The notes: generated from the letters alone by a model not told the origin. A stretch of 64,000 nt of DNA from Cycas panzhihuaensis (GCA_023213395.1 CM041465.1:198407741-198471740); one strand, 5' to 3'. Positions 38,300 through 54,065 are shown, counted from the first letter of the stretch. Made by a program: numbers and translations.

Positions 38300-40480
38300 T
38301 TAACTCTATGTGGATTTCTTTTGTTGGTTCATCATCTAAATGATAACATATTAAGAAGAATAAAAGATGAGTATGTAGCTTTACTTACTTGTTACTCTAA
38401 TGTCCATGTCATTCTTAGCTTATGGGAAACACTTACCTCCTTAGCAGTAAAACCTATTCAACTTATGGCTAAAAGATAGTAAATTCTATCAATAAAGATC
38501 TAGTTAGTCCATTAATGAGCTCATATGTATAAGAAGAGGAATGGATTTTCCATAGTTTAGCCTTGTTAGTAGGTAATCAAAAGATATTACCCTTAATTTA
38601 GCCTTATTGGAAAGATAAGTTAGAGGTGTATTGACTAGGAAGGGTAATAGGTCAGTGACCAGATCAAACCAATCTAGGCTAGTGGTTGTGAGGAACTTAG
38701 ATAAGTATAAATGGGGCCACCATAGTTTATCCTCATGAGTGGCTATCTTTTAGAGTGATCTTAGGTAGTTGGGGGATTGGACTAATAACTAAATAAGATA
38801 GGAATGATAGCCAAAATTTTTGTTCAAAAGCTTAGGGACTTAGACAAATGAGGCAATGCTTTAAATATTAAGGGAGAGGACTCAAGTGTCAAGGTGGGTT
38901 GCCATAGTTTAGCCTCATTAGTAGTCATTTGTCGAAGGAGGTCTTTGGGATTATCTTAGAGCCATAGTTTTTATTTTTATGGTTTTATAATTTTCTTGTA
39001 TTTTTATTATTTTATAATTTTTTTAGAAACTTTAATAGTTTTATATTAGGTTTTTAGTTTTTAAGATGTTTTCCTAAAATGAGGTAGATAAACTGGAAAG
39101 GAAATGACATAAATAAGCAAGGAAGAGGTTTTGGATACTAATGTAACAATACACTCTAGGGACATTATAGCCTAACCAAGTATATATAAGTGTTTACAAA
39201 TGTACATAATAGTTTATACTTATTTCATAGTAAAAGTGATAGTTTAGGCTCTTATCAAAGTGAAGGGGAAGTTGACACCTTGGCCTAACTTTCATGGTGG
39301 GCTAAGGATACCAGAAATTATCACCACAATTTAACTTCTTTGGTGAGTGCCCCTTAGAGGTAGTGATAGAGGAGTTGTCTAATAGACAGGATCTTAATAA
39401 AAGGACCATTAGGTTGGAGGAGGATCTTGCATCTATGACAAATGGTGCTCAAGAATGAAGGTGACCGATCGATTTGTCTCAATCTTATATTCTCGTGGGA
39501 TATAGTCGGTGTTAATAGGAGAGAATCATGCTAAGAGGAAGCTAACCTAGTTAGAAAGGCCATGCAATTTAGGACAATTAACTTGGTAGACCTGAGTAAG
39601 TTATGAGACAATAAGCTAGGAGTCTAAGTATAATATAATAGGGACTTGATGAATACCTAAAGCATTAGTCGAGGCCTTTATAATAGTAATGTATTTAGCT
39701 ATGTTATTAGTTACTATAGGCAAATAGACTCCAAATTGAATAAGTAGGTGTCTTGGGTGATCATAAATGGTTTAAGATACAGTTAAAGGGATAGGATTCC
39801 CATGGCTAGCTCTATCAGTATGGATAATCAATGCCATGGGAAAATGCAATAGTAACTTAGAGTAGGCTTGATGAATGAGGGGGATGGGAAAAACTTAGCC
39901 AACATCACTAGGGCATAGGTTTGTTTGTAAGCTTTGACTAAAACAATGGATTAAATGCAAACATTATTAGTGGATCTATGTTAGTATCATAAGTAATTTT
40001 ATGGTTTATTTTGAATTTATCTATGTTGAGTAGGTTTCGATCATAACTAAGGCCACAATGGACCGAAATAGTTAGATCTAAAGGTCCTAAATAACCCATA
40101 TTACAAACTATAAGTGGGGATGAGACTGATATGTGACCTTCCCTAGATACTATGAAAGTGGTGGTAAGTACATACAACTTGTGCTCCCAGAAATAATTAT
40201 ATATCTCTCATATGATATCAAAATCTAGTGGCATTAGTTGTGTTCTAAGTTAACTCTTGGAGGTTTTAATGAGTGGTTATATAATATGCTTTGAAGATTT
40301 TTTAAGGTAATTTTAATGATATTATATTTGAATATTGATTTGACAAGATGTTAAAGTGAAGCATGTGATTTAAAGAAAAGGTGTTTTGTCACATGGGACT
40401 ACTTAGATAACCATTTCTACAGGTTTGTTCCATGGTGTAGTGGATGGGGCTGAGAGTTTTCATCTTGATTTGTCTCTTAC
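38300..40480 (-). mobile_element. Tat-lineage Ty3/gypsy 3' fragment with archaeal-type RNase H pseudo-ORF (39433-39837) and repeated downstream motifs
   Basis: Minus-strand frame reads MALIIHTDRASHGNP...TNNIAKY...YLDS*LIVS*L.QVYQV...YIPRE...ILEHHLS*, the RNase HI/aRH motif series. The motif CCATAGTTTA.CCT is repeated at 38550, 38720 and 38902. Confidence 0.72.
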
Positions 40481-40999
40481 AATTGTGGCCTTAGTTGAGA
40501 GAGGCAAAAATAGGTAAAATGAGAGCAGGTGAACACTACTTAGAAGGTGAATATTAGTAAACCATGTACAAGAAATCTATTTTAGAGAATTAGTGAGTAC
40601 AATAATTGGTTACACCCGTGCTTTAATAGATGTTTGGTTTTTATGTAGACCCATCATCAAGATTTAAAGTAGTTATGTGATATGGTCTAACATTAAAGGG
40701 GGAATATTAGGTAATGTTAACCTATAAAAAAATTTAATTAATGTAAATCAATATGGTTATCCCTTTAATGTAGTTAATTAATTGACTAAGTGGCTCGTGA
40801 AATGTGATTAGATAACTAAGTGGTTTAATATACCATAAATACATATCAGTTTAATAATATAATTTGGAGGTGGCTATTTCCCACAAGTATGTTATATTCC
40901 AAACATATATATTTTTTATATTTATTCTTTATTTCCACATGTATGGCATAGTGTCATAATCTTGTATGAACATAAGACCTATATGACGTGTTTATGCAG

Positions 41000-43290
41000 T
41001 TTTATTTCCATCATTTGGTATCTGCATATGTTTTGATCCTACCATATTCTAACAAAGATAATATATGTAATGTGTTTCATGCTATTTGTTATATGTGGTT
41101 ATTGTATTTCTAGCTAAATATACATCTTCAACTGACTTTTGATGGCTAAAAATCTTATTTTATGCATAACTTAGAATTTTTTTCTTTTCAATTAATCTCT
41201 TTCAAATAACATATGAGATCTCTCCTCATCTCATATGAGATAATTAACTATAACTATTCATTCTTAAATAATATCAACATCTCAAATAATATTCTCTCCT
41301 TACTCAACATGCATCTCAATTCTTCATTCTCACCTCCCATTTCAAACCAACTAAGTCAAGATTCAACAAGATAATAATGTCATTCATTAATAACATTCTT
41401 TTAAATATATCAAGGTGTTTTCAAATATATCCTTCAGTCATTCATTCAATTAGGTGATTATTATCATTTTTCTTCAACTTTTCATGTCTTAAATTTATCA
41501 TAATTTAACTGACTCATTATAAAGGGTTTTACTCTTCTTCATGGTGGATCAACAAACATTATCTTGGAATGTAAATGTGTCATTTTTCATCATTATATAT
41601 GTTCTTAAGTGTGTTTAAAACTTGAAAAATGAGCCAATATTTTTTTTCTTCTCTTTTCTTTAAAATTCACTAAAACATTTATATAAAATGTACAAATACA
41701 CCAATGAACCTTCAACCATTTAAAAAGGATTCTCATGTATTTCATATTTTTTAAATTTAAGCCATTAAATATATTAAATAAGATATTCAAACATCCAAGT
41801 GTAAGTTTTTCATCAAACGAATATTTATCATCATTAACATGCATTTAATATACTTCGACATACGCCTAAGAACCCTTAAAATCATTTTAAAAAAAAAGTT
41901 AAATATCGTTTTTCATTTCTCAACAAATGACTTTATAACTATACCCAAAATTACTTTTCCAAATTTACTGATTAAAATTTTTATCCTTTAATTTCTAAGT
42001 TATACCTCACAATCACTCATTATGTATGTATATGAGTTTAATTTCTAATGCCTTAATTAAATCAAAATTTTGACTTCATATGTAATAGTTATTCTTAAAA
42101 TACTACTAGTGTATCATAATATATATATGTATATATAGATACACATGCCTCTTGTAATAACGTTCACTTATGTATGGAGAGGGCTAGCCTATGTAGGTGA
42201 ACTTCAAGTAGTAATAGCCTTCCTCACATATTTATGGACCAGTTCAAACTTATATGTTTAATGAAATATGGTGCACCACATCCATAAATACATCCATGTA
42301 AAAGCATCAATAAAATATCTCTACTGTTTAACTTTCAATACTATCAACATGCCCTTGATATATGATCACATCTCATTGGTATACCACCAATTTATAGCTT
42401 ATCATAATAATCTATTAATTAGCTTTTAAAATGGCTGATGCTAGCTTAATACTTGCTTTTTAATAGATATACACAATGCATATATAGATCATCTTTAGAT
42501 AGCAAAGATTTCCACCAAGTTCTTATGGTCTTTAATATTCTAATTATTTACTTCATTCATCTAAAACTAGCTTTTCACACATCTCCTAGGATCTTCTACT
42601 GACTCCAACCTCTTTCTACATACTACTTACTTTATTTAGGCTTTAATACCATTTAAATTTTATGAAATCATCTTGTGTGTAGCTTTGAAATTATCTCACA
42701 GGCCTCCTGGGATCTTCTACTAACTACAAACTCTTTTTATATACTTCTTGCTTTACTTAGGCTCTAATATCATATTAAAATTTCTGGAATCATCTTATTA
42801 AAATTTAACATACTTTAATACTATATTAGATTTGTTATACATATAAGTTAGTTTTATTTTATAAAAAACTCATACCCTATAACTTGCACAAATAATAAAT
42901 GAATTATGATTCATAAGTTAATCATAAGATAAGACATCAAACACATAAATAAGATATATATACAATAATATAACATAATCATACATAGAAAAAATATCAT
43001 ATAAGATAAGATTAATATATGAAAAGCTCTTGATTAGAAAAACCATAAGAGAAAAGTGATCAACTTAACTCTCAATTGATCTTTTGATATATGCACATAT
43101 ATATAACGATTATCACCTCATATATAAGTAATAGAATATAAGAACTTCAACAATCAATAATATCATATTAGTACATTGACCATTTAAATTATATGTAAGA
43201 ACCTTTATGTTGAACAATCATATTATATCACAACTTAGCCATATAAATTAAATATAATATCAAATATTATGAAATCTAGTATTTTAATAA
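41000..43290 (-). mobile_element. Very old copia relic (copy B of 7400-9622)
   Basis: PBS remnants at 42640-42651 and 42761-42772, ORF 41605-41844 HVNDDK..FDEK, homology to copy A. Confidence 0.4.
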
Positions 43291-43295
43291 AATTA

Positions 43296-46200
43296 TATTA
43301 TGGATTCAATTCCCTAATTCACATTCTCTTATATCTTCTGCTTCTTCTCTCTCTTATTTTTTCTTATATATTCTATTTCTTCTCTCTTTATATCCCATAT
43401 GCATAAGTAGTAGGTTATGTAGCGGCCATAGAGACTTATATATATTCATGTAATCCTTAGAGGAGTACCTTAAATATCATTGCTATTGTATATAATTAGG
43501 AGGTTATCACCTTGAAGGGTATTCCAATACAATTATTCTCTTTGGTATTATTTAGGCATTGTGCTGGTGTATTATTATCATTGAAGGAATGATATCCTAC
43601 CATGTGGTATTAAAGCAATCGATTCACAGACTCTGGAAGAGTCAAATGTATTAAATAGTTAGTTTTTTTTAATCAATTTTTATTTCTGTTAGTATTTATT
43701 CTCATTTTAAATTCTTGCTTAATTACTTCTACTTTTTGGGTGTAGATAACATTGTAATCAGGTAGGTACCATGACACTACTATTGGGCAATTTTTGCCTA
43801 CATTTAGATAGGACCTTATATTGAGTATCTATAAATATCATGAAGAACTATCATTTTAAGCTATGTTCATTATGGCTTTTATGTCCTCTATATGAAGAAT
43901 TAGAGATCACACTCCTGAACCAAGCCTTAGATAAAACTTGGCTCTAAAACTATACCTCCACATACCTATGGATATATAAGAGGACTCCTTAAGTAGGTCT
44001 TCTTAGTATAGGTAACCATAAGAAACCTATTAGCCATCTATAATTTATAGTACACTGGTAAGCAGTTAGCCTCAGAAAGTTACTCTCCTCATACCCTAGA
44101 GACGGGAAAGTATACCTGTAGGGTAGAGCATTAGCCTCTATAAGTTGATACTATTTATGACTATGATCAATATAATAGAGAGCCTATAAACCAGATAATC
44201 CTAGACCTAGTGAGCCTAGTTAATCTATTAGTAGTACGTGTACACCTAGAAAGTCAATGCCCTCATTAATTTATAAACCTAGTATGTCTAGCCAGTTTAT
44301 TATTAATCCATACACATGTAATCCATTAGTTAATCAGCTAATTATATGTGACCAAAAAAATTTTAAAAAGAAAGAAAAATAAAATAAAAGTAGAAAAGAA
44401 AAAAAACGTTAGTTAGTCAATTGGAAGTGATGAAAAAATCTAGATTGCTTTATTATAAAAGATTAAGGATAATAGTCTATTAACAGTCTATCAAGCCCTT
44501 TTTATTCACATTTACTAACTAGGATTCAACTTAGGTCTTGTAAATAAATGATCCCTAAGTTAAACCCTAACTAGAACTGAAATCTTAATGATGTTATCAT
44601 ACAACTTGAAGGAGACATGTTGCAAATCCAAACTAACCTCAATGAAAATTTTAAAAGGGTAATACAAGAGCTCATAATTATGAAACTTTTTAACGAAGAA
44701 GACAATCATTACAAGTTAGAAGAAAATATTAAATTCAATTATACTACTCACATACGTGAGGGTCACTTTAATAATGAAGATAAAGATAATGATAATAGAT
44801 GCTTCTGTCTTAACTCTATTCCTAAGTTAGAAATCAAAAAATTGAATGGCACATATGTGCATACCTAGGTTACCCAAATGGAGTAATACTTTTATCTTTA
44901 TTAGGCTCCAACTAACAAGAATATCCCTATTATCTCTCTACACATGGATGGGCTTAGTTATTAATATGAAGGTTTTGTTAAAGACCTTATAGCTTAATAT
45001 AATAACACATAAGATCATAACCACTTCAACTAGTTAGCTAAAGTCAAATAGAAGGGTACTATTTCAACTTATACAACATAATACCAATGTCTCTCCATAA
45101 GGGTTGATGGTCTCTATCATGATAAATTACTTGAGTTATACATTGGTGTATTATAGGATGCCATCACACATGAGTTATAACCCTTAAAACTTGATAACAT
45201 CTCTATATCTATCAATTTTTCTTAACACATCGAAGCTAAAAATAATGTATCTCGACCATTTCCATGAATTGTCCTAGAAAAATGATCGTAATCTTAGCTT
45301 TTTCGTATGTGATAAATGACTTCCTCAGAGATAGATGAAAAATGGTTGAAAGGGTTATGTTTTTTTTACAATAAAAAGTAGAACAAAGAACATAAGTGCC
45401 TTGAACCGTGCTTATTAATTATTAAGGACATCTTAGATGATGGACCAACAAAAGAAATCCACCTAGAGCTAAAAAATAATGACCATGATCCACTTCAGGA
45501 GGAAGATGAAGATTACCACTATTATATCGATGCATGCCCTTATTGGAATTATGACCCCACAAACACTCAAACTTAATAGGTATATCAAGAAAACGAAAGT
45601 GGTTATCCTCATAGATTTTAGGAGCACCCATAATTTTTTAAATTAGAAACTTATTGAAGAACTCAATTATGTTCTATATCTTATAAAAAATTTCTAGGTT
45701 ATGGTGATTAATAAAGGGACACTCTTTGTGGGGGAAGATGTCATTATATCAAGCTATAAATAGGTTACTATCACCTCTTCACTTCTATATATGTCATTCC
45801 TATTAAAGAAGTTGATGTTGTACTGGGGGTATAATGGCTTAAACCATTAGAGACCATTCAACTAAATTATGCAAGAGCTCCTTATCTGATTTACTTATGA
45901 AGGAATTGACTATGAATTGAATGGGATAGTTCCTGCCCCAACTTAAATCATCAACTCACATTGTATGGAAAGGCTAATTAAAAATGGTGGTATAAGGATC
46001 ATTCCTAAATATTATGCTCTGGAAGGTTAGAAACTTCCAATGGAGGGGGATATTCTCCAAGATGATAACATCCTCAATGACTTGAAATTAGTGCTTTATC
46101 ACTAAAACCAAGTCTTTAAGGATATTCCTCAAGGTCTTCCCCTAACACAAGACTAAGATCATGACATTGGCCTAGTAGCTAGAAGTAATCCTCCTTATAT

Positions 46201-49200
46201 TCGGCTATATCAGTACCCCTACCAATAAAATAATAAATTTGAATAGATAGTTTAATAACTCCTTAATGCCAATACTATTAGGAAAAGTAAAAGTACCTTT
46301 TCTACCCCAATGATTTTAGTAAGAAAAAGTGATGGCTTATTTTACATGTGTGTAGACTATCATGAGCTTAATAAGATAACCACAAAGGATAGATTTTTTA
46401 TATCATTCATCGATGAACTCTTAGATGAGTTCCATGGAGCAACATTCTTCACATCATTAGACTTGAAGTTAGGATGTCATCAAATTAGGATCAAGGCAAA
46501 TGATGTTTACAAGATGATATTTCGTATACATGAATGGTATTATGAATTTTTAGTCATATCATTTGGCCTTACTAATACCCCATCCACCTTTCAATAACTC
46601 ATGAACAAACTCTTTTGGCCTTATTTAAGAAACTTTGTGCTAGTCTTTTTTTATGACATTCTGATCTTTATTCACACTTGGGAAGACCATCTTCATCATG
46701 CTGATAAGGCATTATAGGTGTTTACAAATAACTAACTTTATGCCAAAAATTAAAGTGTTACTTTAGGCAAATAGAAATAGAATATTTAGGCTATATTATC
46801 TCCCAAGAAGGAGTCAAGGTGGATCCTAAGAAATTTCTAATTATCATAAATTGGCCTAAACCTAAAAATATCAAGGCCTTCATCAATTCTTAGTAATTAT
46901 AAGGTATTATTAAAAGTTTATTTAAGGTTATGGAAGGATTACTTCTGCATTAATTAGCTTGTTAGAAAAGGATTTCAATACTTAAAGGTGGCTTTAACTA
47001 CCACTCCAGTTCTTACAACACCAAGCTTTATAAAGACCTTCATTATTGAATGTGATGCATTAAGGTAAGGAATTAGAGTAGTCTTAATATAAGAAGGGAA
47101 ACCTTTAGTCTTTAAAAGTCATCAACTTACAACCAGGGATAAGTTAAATCCACATATGAGAAGGAGATGCTGGTAATTCTCCATGCAATTAGGAAATGAG
47201 TATAATATTTACTTGGGATACATTTCTAGATTAAAACAAACCATGATAGCTTAAAACATTTCCTAGCTTAAACGATGATATCTGAGGAACAATAAAAATT
47301 GGTCACTAAAATGTAATATCCTTAAAATCATATATAAAAAATGTAAGGATAATATAGTGGCTAATGCTTTATGTCACAAGGAAGAAGGCTCTGTACTATA
47401 TCCTATCGCCATGGTCAATCCCTCTTGGATAGCAGTTGTCAAACAAGAATAGGATCATGACCTCTTTACGAAGTAGATCATTCAAGACCTTCAAGATGGG
47501 GTAGGGTACTTAACCCACTACACATGGTTCATAAATATTCTTTAGTATAAGAATAGGATATATATGTACCCTCACTCTAGTCTTAATGAGTAAATTTTGC
47601 ATGATACACGTGTCTCCCCAATAGTATGTTATTCACGTCTCCTATGGATATACTACTACTTAAAATAATATTTATTTTGGAAGGTCAAAAAAGAAGATGT
47701 AAAGCAGTATGTTTCCTCATGTGAAATTTGTCAATGATATAAGATAGAAATAGTCAAGTCCCAAGACTGTTGTAACCCCTTCCTAGACCAAATCAGCAAT
47801 GGGAAGAAATTTCCATAGACTTCGTAGTGGGTCTTCCTAACTTTGAAAGAAAAGATGTTATACTTATGGATGTTGATATGATAACTAAATATTCTCATTT
47901 ATATAGCATCCAAACCATATATAAGGTAAAATAAATTACTGAGATCTTTTGAAAGAATATACATAGGTTGCATGGCATGCCCAAACACATAGTTAATGAT
48001 CATGATCTAGTTCCCTAACAACTTCTAAACAAAACTCTTTCATCTACTCAGTAACAAGCTAACAATAAGCTCATCATACCATGTACAAATAGATGGTTAA
48101 ACTGAGGTGGTTAATAAGTGCCTCCAAAGATACATTTATTGTTATGCTTTAGACAAGCAAGGCTAGTGGTATCATTTGCTTCCCTTAGTAGAATGGTGGT
48201 ATAATGCAAATTATCACGTATCAATAGGAATGGCTTCATTCCAAACATTATATGTCTATGAACCACCTACACTTAAGAATTATGCCATAATTAGTTCTAA
48301 GTTTCAAGTAGTCAAGGACCACATCCATCAAACAATAGAGATTTTGAAGATACTAAAGGAAAATTTGAACCTTGTATAAAATCAAGTGAAAGAATAGGTA
48401 GATAAAGTGTGAAGTGAATAAGTACTTTGACCAAGTGATTGGGCATACTTATGGTTGCAACCATACAAGCATGCGTCTCTCAAATAAGATGGGAAGTGAA
48501 AATTACAACCCTAACTTTATGGACCTTACAAAATTCTCAAGAAGATTGATGAAGTTGCATCTACATTGGACTTACCACCACCATCAAGGATCCATAATGT
48601 CTTTCACTTTTTATGTCTCAAGATGGTAATTGGGTAGTGGATACAAGTTCAAATTGCATTACCTATCTTAAATGATGTGGGGCAAGTACAACTCATTTTA
48701 GAATGCATCATCAAGAGAAGAATTCAACATCTACGATCTAGATAAATCATTGAGTATCTCATCAACTAAAATAACTTCCATAAGAAGATGTAACATGGGA
48801 GAATGAACAATTTATCCATGAGCAATCTGAGATTAGTAAGCTTTGAGGGCAAAGCTTTTTTAAGGGGAGGGACTTATTAGGGATCTAACCCTTAACTCAC
48901 CTTCTCTTATATCTTCTACTTCTTCTCTCGCTTATCTTTTCTTATCTTTTCTACTTCTTCTCTCTTCTTAATATCCCACATACATAAGTAAGAGTTAGTG
49001 TAGTGGCCATAAAGCCCTATATATATTTATGTAATATGCCACATGTATAAGTAGGCAATTGTGTGGCTACATAGAGACCTATATATATTAATGTAATCCT
49101 TAGAGTGGTGTATCTTGAATATCATTACTATTGTATGTAATTAGCAGGTTACTCCCTCAAAGGGTATTATAATACAAGTGCTCTCTTTAGTGGTGTTGGT

Positions 49201-49234
49201 ATGTTATTTTCATTGAAGGAGTAGTATCATATCA
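43296..49234 (+). mobile_element. Full-length degenerate Ty3/gypsy chromovirus (Reina-like), copy B
   Basis: 5' LTR 43296-43602, PBS TGGTATTAAAGC 43605-43616, 3' LTR 48875-49234, TSD AATTA/AATTG. RT ORF 46310-46597 (MCVDYHELNKIT.KD.F...[11 protein letters not shown]) and integrase ORF 48176-48379 (LPLVEWWYN). Confidence 0.93.
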
Positions 49235-49239
49235 AATTG

Positions 49240-52200
49240 ACTCCATATCTTTAACGATCTTTTATAAAGTATACTTAGGTTTTCCTAGTGTAATAATTTA
49301 TAAATACTAAAGTACTATTAGGGGGTTTGATTATGGATGCATCATACTAGTGTGTATAATTTCTAATATCTTCTTATTTCTCTAAGATTTCTCCTAAGCA
49401 AAAAGATATTTGTGATGTTTACCATACATACACCGTTCACATATACCTCTTAAACATAAAATCTATGGTAAACTTTCTACTATCTTCATTATGTCCATAA
49501 GTTACATGTTTTGATAGTTTAGGTATCATAATCATTCATGCCATAATTATGTTGTATCATTTACATTAGCAGCAAAAGCATAGGCTTATTTCTAACTTTA
49601 AAGTTTCTTGAACATCAAGAAGTCATCATTTAGATTTCTAGAAATAACAACTAAAACGTATTTCATAAGATCTTTAATCAATTAGTTATCCTTGTAGAAC
49701 TCATTTTTTTGTTTTATTTAGAAACTTAATAGGAAAAAAGAAGATTCTTCCTCATGTATGGTGCATAATATACTCAACTGAAATTCCCCATTAAAAGGCT
49801 GGCTATTTTAAATCCATTAATAAGCACCATGTTAGCATCCTTAGGTATGATTTTAGCATCATCAGAATTAGAATCCATTGTAGTGTCTCGCTCTCAATAG
49901 AAAGACGTATACCTTTATGTACCTAGGTCAAGTATCCAATAATCCTTTTAGGCTAAAAATTGAGAAGATGAGGTTAATACTTTAGTACAGTAAGTTGTAA
50001 TTTTCTTTCATTTTTTATTGTGTTTTTCCTCTTGCATATCCTTTCTTCTAAACTAATAGTTTTTCACCTTATGGCCTTCTCTCTTCTAATAGTGACACTT
50101 TCCAATGTACTTCTCTCTCTTCTTTTCTTAATTTTGCCTAAACTTTCATGCACTTTTCTCTACCTTCTCATCTCATTCCCTTTGCATCTTTATAATTATG
50201 TCATGATTTGACTTTAGACTCATAAGAATGCTATAGTATTTTAATTTAAAATTTTTAGCTAGAATGAGATTATTTAGCTCATCTAAGGCCATTCCTTCCA
50301 TCATATCATGCTTTGCATAATCCATCTAAAGTATACAAAATAAGGTTGGTAGTCTTAATACAATGAATGTAAATAGTAACTTATTATCAACTAACATCTT
50401 CATTATCTCTTCTAGCTTGTTCTTCAAATCCATTATCTTAATCAAATAAGCATTAATATTACATTAATCTTTAATAGTTGCATTTAACATCTCCATTAAC
50501 AAAACAACTTTACGTTTTGTCCACATCTTCTTAAAAGCATTATATAATTTCATCAAGATTTTATTTGGTATATTTAGGTTATGGATAAGAGCTATGTGAT
50601 CCAAAGCTAATAATAATTTTAATAAGCAAATAGCCGTACATTATTTTTTGCTCAAGGTGATCTCTCTTTCTCATCTAACGATAATATGGTCAATTCATAT
50701 TTGATGATTTTCCATAATAAAGTTCACCATTAAAGTGATTTCCATACTTTCTTTCCATTTGTTAAATTTGTTTCCATTAAAAGTCACTTGCAAAACTTTC
50801 TCCATGGTTGCAACCTTACTAAATGATTGAGAATAATCTTCTTTCAATGTTCTCCAATATTAAGAGCTTCCTATCCATAGATCAGAGCCTTTTCTTCCAT
50901 AATTATCTCATCAAAATGTTTGCTAAACATCCTAAACACCTATTTAAGTAGCCCCTATACTTCTATTGGATCCTCCATGCTTTGCACTATTATATTTACT
51001 TTTTAATAACCTCTACATTTACTAATGTGGCTTAAGATGGCTTGCATAGCCTCCCAGAAGTTTTATACACTAATAACAATTGCTTTGTGGTTTTTCAATG
51101 CTTCATACAAGCCTTTTTTAATGTTTTCTTTGTGTCTAATGTATTACACTTCACTTATAAAGATTTTGCAATCACCACATACCCTTATGTATTTTACACA
51201 ACCATTAACAAGTTCTAAATAGCTTCAAACTTAGATTTGTATGATGTTACTTTGTTTCATGGCTTTCAATGGCTTAAGAAAAGAGTCTTGCGTGCCTCAA
51301 AATGAATTAACATGGATTTGATGGTGGCCTACACAATAAATCTAGTTTACAAAATCTTCTGAATAAACTTTAAACTAAGGTTTTTGGCTTATATGTCTTG
51401 CATAGCCTTTAAACAACTTCAAATGTTTTCAAACATTTCAAACAACCTTGAACAAGTCCAAGCATTAACGAAATGAAACCTAGGATGTGTACCAACATTC
51501 CCATAGCTATATATGTTGTCCTCAAACTCTAATGTTTATTTGGATTTCTCTTAATGCTACTCACATAACTCACATTTGATTCCAATGCACCCTCAAGTTC
51601 AAACAATCCAAAAGATCTTAATTTGTATGGTTTGAATGACCTCCCATGACCATCATATATAAGTTATGACATTTTATAGTCATGTTCTTTAATAAATCAT
51701 GCTTTCCTTTAAAATTTTAATTTATCATTAGGTTTGTGAATGTCACACCACTTCACTAAGTCATGCCACCTTATGCAATTATTGTTTTGTTTAAGAAATT
51801 CTTATATTTGACCTCCAATAGTCAAATTTGAAGATATGACCTTTCTATAAAGGTTGTCACTTTGTAAAATAAAAGTTTCTTTTTTAATCAAAATAGTCAA
51901 TAACTTTCATATGTTATACAGTTATCATTAGAAACTTGTAGGGGCCTATGGAGAATTAACACCATTAAATGCAATGGAAGTCACATATTTTCATAGCAAG
52001 TAAAAGATAGATGCTTTGTTGAACTCACAATGGATCCCAACAATTTAACTTCAATGAAAAATAAATAATTCTTACGCTTAACCTCCTCCATGAACTCCAA
52101 AACGAAGCATGACGTTACTAGATTCATCCAATCACTTTTGGAGATGTCTAACATACTTTTACTTTATTATATCATGTAAAGATGAGACTAAACATTGTCC

Positions 52201-52853
52201 ATCGAATGTTTTACAACTCCAAACACATATAGTACGTCCCCAATCACCATTACATTCTCTAAATGGGTCCCAAACTATTAAGAATAGTGTTCATTCATGG
52301 TTGGATCCTTTAAAATGATCCCCAGCACTTCAGATGAAGCCCAATGCAACCATCCTCGATCTGACATATGGAAATAAGGCTAGCATGCTTTAAATAATGC
52401 CCAATAGCCATTGGAGTTGCCTAATCATGCATATACTCTACCTAATAAGTAGAAACATTACCTAACCTTACTTAATTGGTACATATGGCCTCTCAATAGT
52501 GGTAGAAGTCACCACATGATAGAAAGCATGTTGTTGAATGGATAATTTCCTTCATGTTATTATTATACACCAATATTTAATCACTTAGAAATAGAAAAGG
52601 ATTGTAATCACATTAACAAGACCTTCTTTTACATTAGAAAAAGGCCTTTTGATTTGTTCTATGTCTACATCTACTTTGCTTCAACTATATACTAAGAACC
52701 TGACTCTGATACCATATGAGAAAACATGCATACAAATGTAGACATGATCATGACCATGCATAGCAAGTAGAGGACAAGATATATAGGTTTTAATTGTCCC
52801 TAACCCATATAGGAAAATCTACTAATACTTTTAATTTAAACCCATTTCAACAC
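49240..52853 (-). mobile_element. Degenerate copia 5' half (copy B of 15630-19250)
   Basis: Near-perfect PBS rc TGGTATCAGAGTC at 52702-52714; collinear with copy A. Confidence 0.7.
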
Positions 52854-54064
52854 ATGTTTATCTTATGACTTATTAGGTTCACTTGACCTTTTAACATTGT
52901 GTTTCAATTGACTTTCATTGGATTGTGTTAAATTTGATATGCTTGGTTGGTCGATTTCGATTGGATAAATTTTAATTAAATAGGGTTATATATTTGTAAG
53001 TTCAAAACAATACATCACACTAACGATTGTGGCCCTTCGCCATATCTTGTGACCTTTTGCCATGTGTGACTCTTTGTTGTGTTTGAATGAATCTTCAACA
53101 TATCTATATAACACTCTCTATGTTTGCTAACATATTATTGAAGTGTAATAATTTTTCAAACATAAGGAGGACAAGGATGTAGAGCAATCTTATTGATATG
53201 TTTTATGCTTATTTATAGATTTATAAAAATCCATATCATTGATTTTAGTATAATGTTGTAGTGTTTCAATGTTGAAGTTTTCCTTCAATGGTAGCCTTTT
53301 TCCTTTTATAATCATTACATAATTAATAAGCTTAAGTATATATTACTCAATAGTTTTTTACTACTAAAATATAATTTAAACTTTTATGAACAAGAACTAA
53401 ATTAATACTCTAGCACTCAAGCACTTTTAAGCCCACACCTTATACCTTTACCCTACTTTCTCGCGTAAAGGTTGTTTTACATATTTGATGTAGTCAACTT
53501 TACTACAGAATGTAATTGCTTAAGAAACTTAATATCTTATTGCATTGATGAATGGATTTTGTCTCTTTTTATTATAAGCTCAATGTAATAGTTCTTGTAT
53601 TGATATGCTCATACTTGGAGCCATAAATCTAATGTTTCTCTCAAGCATAGGCATATATGTGGAAGTCATTATATTGAGCATATCATGACATGAAGTAATG
53701 GGTTCAATGTCTCTCCATTATATATATATTTATATATATATATGGTGGGTGCTATATTGGAGATAAACACGTGTCCTCCTTAAATTTAGCGAGAATAGCT
53801 TACATATAGACATTCCAATAAGTAAATGCCTATTTCCAAGACATTTTGAAAACATAACATATAGGCACACTACACAATAATATTTCTATTTAAAGATGCA
53901 AAATTTCATGTATTCCATTATAATACATGTTCGCCCTGGCCAACTTTTCTATGGATCTTTGGCATATCCGTGATGCCCTAATTCATGGAATTAATCATTA
54001 TTTGATATAATTGTGACGGCCATGAAAAGATTCCTGCCCTTTGTTGCTCCCTCGCTTTTGCAAG

Positions 54065-54065
<1 letters not shown>

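Noticed and set aside
38550-38970. Spaced ~20-bp repeats as a CRISPR-like array
   Set aside because: Only three or four degenerate copies with 150+ bp irregular spacers, in a eukaryotic retrotransposon context with no cas genes.
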